Positions 61,804-64,000 of a DNA stretch of 64,000 nt are shown here, one piece after another. The notes below the pieces were generated by a model. It did no database searches. It had not been told where the DNA came from and saw nothing but the letters and a program-made list of their open reading frames with translations. The stretch lies in the NCBI GenBank assembly GCA_964106915.2, contig OZ066915.1, one strand, 5' to 3'. Numbering within the stretch: position 1 is the first letter of the stretch; each line of letters starts with the position of its first letter. The position numbers and the translations under genes are program-made. The stretch comes from Podarcis gaigeae. Taxonomy: Eukaryota.

Positions 61804-64000
61804 CTTATTTGAACACAGTCTGATTCCTGTACCTTTTTTGTGTGAGTGTGGGTTGTTTTTTAGTCTCAACCTTTCTTCTGATTTCATTGTACCCATTTTA
61901 GCACACTATTGTGTTTTGGTTAGCTCCAAGCTCAGCTGGAAGAATGAGAAACCAGATTGTCATTTGGAAACCGCCTTTCTCCTACTGAAGCTTAGGCACC
62001 ACTGCAACACGTCCCTTTTTATTCTTTCATTTTCCTCGATGGTAAATTGGTAGTCTGATGCTGAGGAAGTGTTTAATTGATGTTAGTTAACCTGCTTCTT
62101 TGCTATTTTCACCCTTCAAACATAAAATGAATAGTGTATGAATTGTTAGATTCTTTCAAAATAGAGACTTTGTTTGGGCTCCAGTAAAAAGGGATGGTTC
62201 CTATTCCAGACTATCAGAACTATTTCAGTGCTGAGCCAAGGACAGCAGTCAGAATAGTGTGTGTCTATATACCCAGTCCTCTGTCCGCTTCAGTAACACA
62301 ATGTGTGACAGGGCAGGAGATTGGAAAGAAGACAGCCTGTCTTTGACTTGTGCGTATGTCTATAGATGGAATTACTTAAGAACTAGATAATATAAATGGG
62401 CCCAGTGGTGACTGCTAGCCATGCTAGCAAGAATTTCAGGACCCATGTTAGCCATAGTGTCTCTCTAGCGGCTGGCTGCTGGGGTGAATTTTGCCACTGC
62501 CGCCTGCTAACAAGCTTTGCCACGTATCTGGTGAGTCAATGAGAGAAGGACAAAAATGTTAACTTGGATGCACAACTGATCTGACCCTGTGCATGGTGCT
62601 TCTTATTCTTGGGATGAAGGCAGAGAAATTGTGGGTTCAATGGGCCACAGTTATGTGGCCTCTAAAATGAGGTCTAACTCTAGCATAAGACTCACGTGTT
62701 ACTTAACCCAGCACTCAGAAAATTCATCCAAATCTATACACATTCTCGGCCCATGTCTATCCATATTAATACTTTGTTGCTTGTCCTAAACAAGTCATAC
62801 AAAAAAGGACAACTGGTCCCATACCATAGGATGTAGTCAATGCAGTGCTGAGTCACTAGTTTCACCAATAAAAGGATTTCTCATAGTGTAACAGAATGTA
62901 ATCCTTTCCTCCCCCTATGTGCCCCCTAAATCTGTTCTAAGTGTTTCCCCAACCTTCTGAAGCACATTTGGGGATGGAGTGGGGGGTCTCAATTGCACTA
63001 GCACTTAGTTGAATACCACCCCATGTCTCTAATGAATGCCACCTCTGAATGCTTAAACAAGGCTTATAAGACAGCAGGGTATTCTTTCAGTCCCAGTATT
63101 GATCATTTCTACCCTCCGGTAATCAAATAATCCTGGATTTCTTTAACAAGCTTTGGTCCCAGCACAGATTCTTGGAGCACCTTGCTATTTGTGGAATATA
63201 CATATGTATTTTTCCTTGCTGTTTCTGAATCTATTATTAGTGATTGATCCATGAGAAGCTTTTCTATATTGACAGTGTTATTTCATTGCCCTTTGTGATT
63301 TGGAAATTGCTTTCATTATGGTATGGTGTTATGCGGATGCCTTCAGCACAGTCGGCTCTGAAGGTACTTTTACAGTTTCCTCCCTTTGAACATTCTTAAT
63401 TCTTCAGCACTGGCATGTCCTTTCCCATTTTGGCACATCCCTATTTTCAGAATGTCAGCATTTATATAATGGTTTAGCTGTTGTTGTCTATGGCCTATAG
63501 TCCTAATCTAGTCACTCATCCAGTCCACTGCAACCCACACTCCTTTCCCCCTTGCAATGACATGCTGTGATTGCTCCTGTTAAACTTAAACTTTCCACCC
63601 GTCCTTTTGTCCATAGTCCTAGGTAGTTTATCACAAAGCACATTCAGCTTTCCTTTCAACCGCCTACCTCTGAGACAGAATTGGACATTTGAGAAGAACC
63701 AGGTTTATCAGCAAACATAGGGTTGCCAGATCCTGTCTTTAAAAGTTTGAGTGCAACAGGAGAGTTGCTCTGCCAGTCTCCTTTGCCCACATCTCCTGCC
63801 TGCTGTAGTAGGGAAAGCTTCAGTTTATTCTAGAGTAAGTGGGGAAGGAAAGTGCCAACCTGGCAGCACTTTTTGAAAGTTAACCAGGTTTATTTCTAAG
63901 CACACGTCATTGCAGATTAAGCTAGGATAGAGACAAATCACTCACCCAGACTTCAGTATGAATAGATAAAAAGTGAACTGGTGAGATTCAGAGACCTCCA

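Noticed and set aside
1-64000. CRISPR arrays, operons and other prokaryotic systems; the remaining 60-125 aa ORFs
   Set aside because: The DNA is eukaryotic and intron-rich, no regularly spaced repeat-spacer array was seen, and the short ORFs are consistent with chance.

Overview
Vertebrate genomic DNA from a squamate reptile, probably a lacertid lizard (inferred from the Sauria SINE, Bov-B and L2 repeats). Two genes lie tail-to-tail. On the + strand are the last three coding exons of SARNP (CIP29): 284-352, 27372-27461 and 29492-29533, with a 27-kb intron between the first two. On the - strand are exons 2 and 3 of GDF11: 57237-57610 and 55090-55470; exon 1 lies beyond the window. The rest is intron, UTR and intergenic sequence with Sauria SINEs, a young Bov-B fragment nested in an L2 fragment, other L2/L1/DIRS relics, Tc1/mariner and hAT MITEs, and one 150-N gap. 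The most unusual structure is a 79-bp inverted repeat with 77/79 complementarity (22953-23031 and 25924-26002) in the long SARNP intron. It does not resemble a repeat family I recognise. It encloses a motif-dense block that looks like a conserved non-coding element, and its right arm covers the start of a candidate stop-containing (poison) exon. Other points of interest are candidate GDF11 enhancers, a possibly 7.6-10 kb GDF11 3'UTR, and a decayed ORF of unknown origin at about 35.8-36.3 kb. Conservation, expression and repeat-family assignments were read by eye and not checked against databases.
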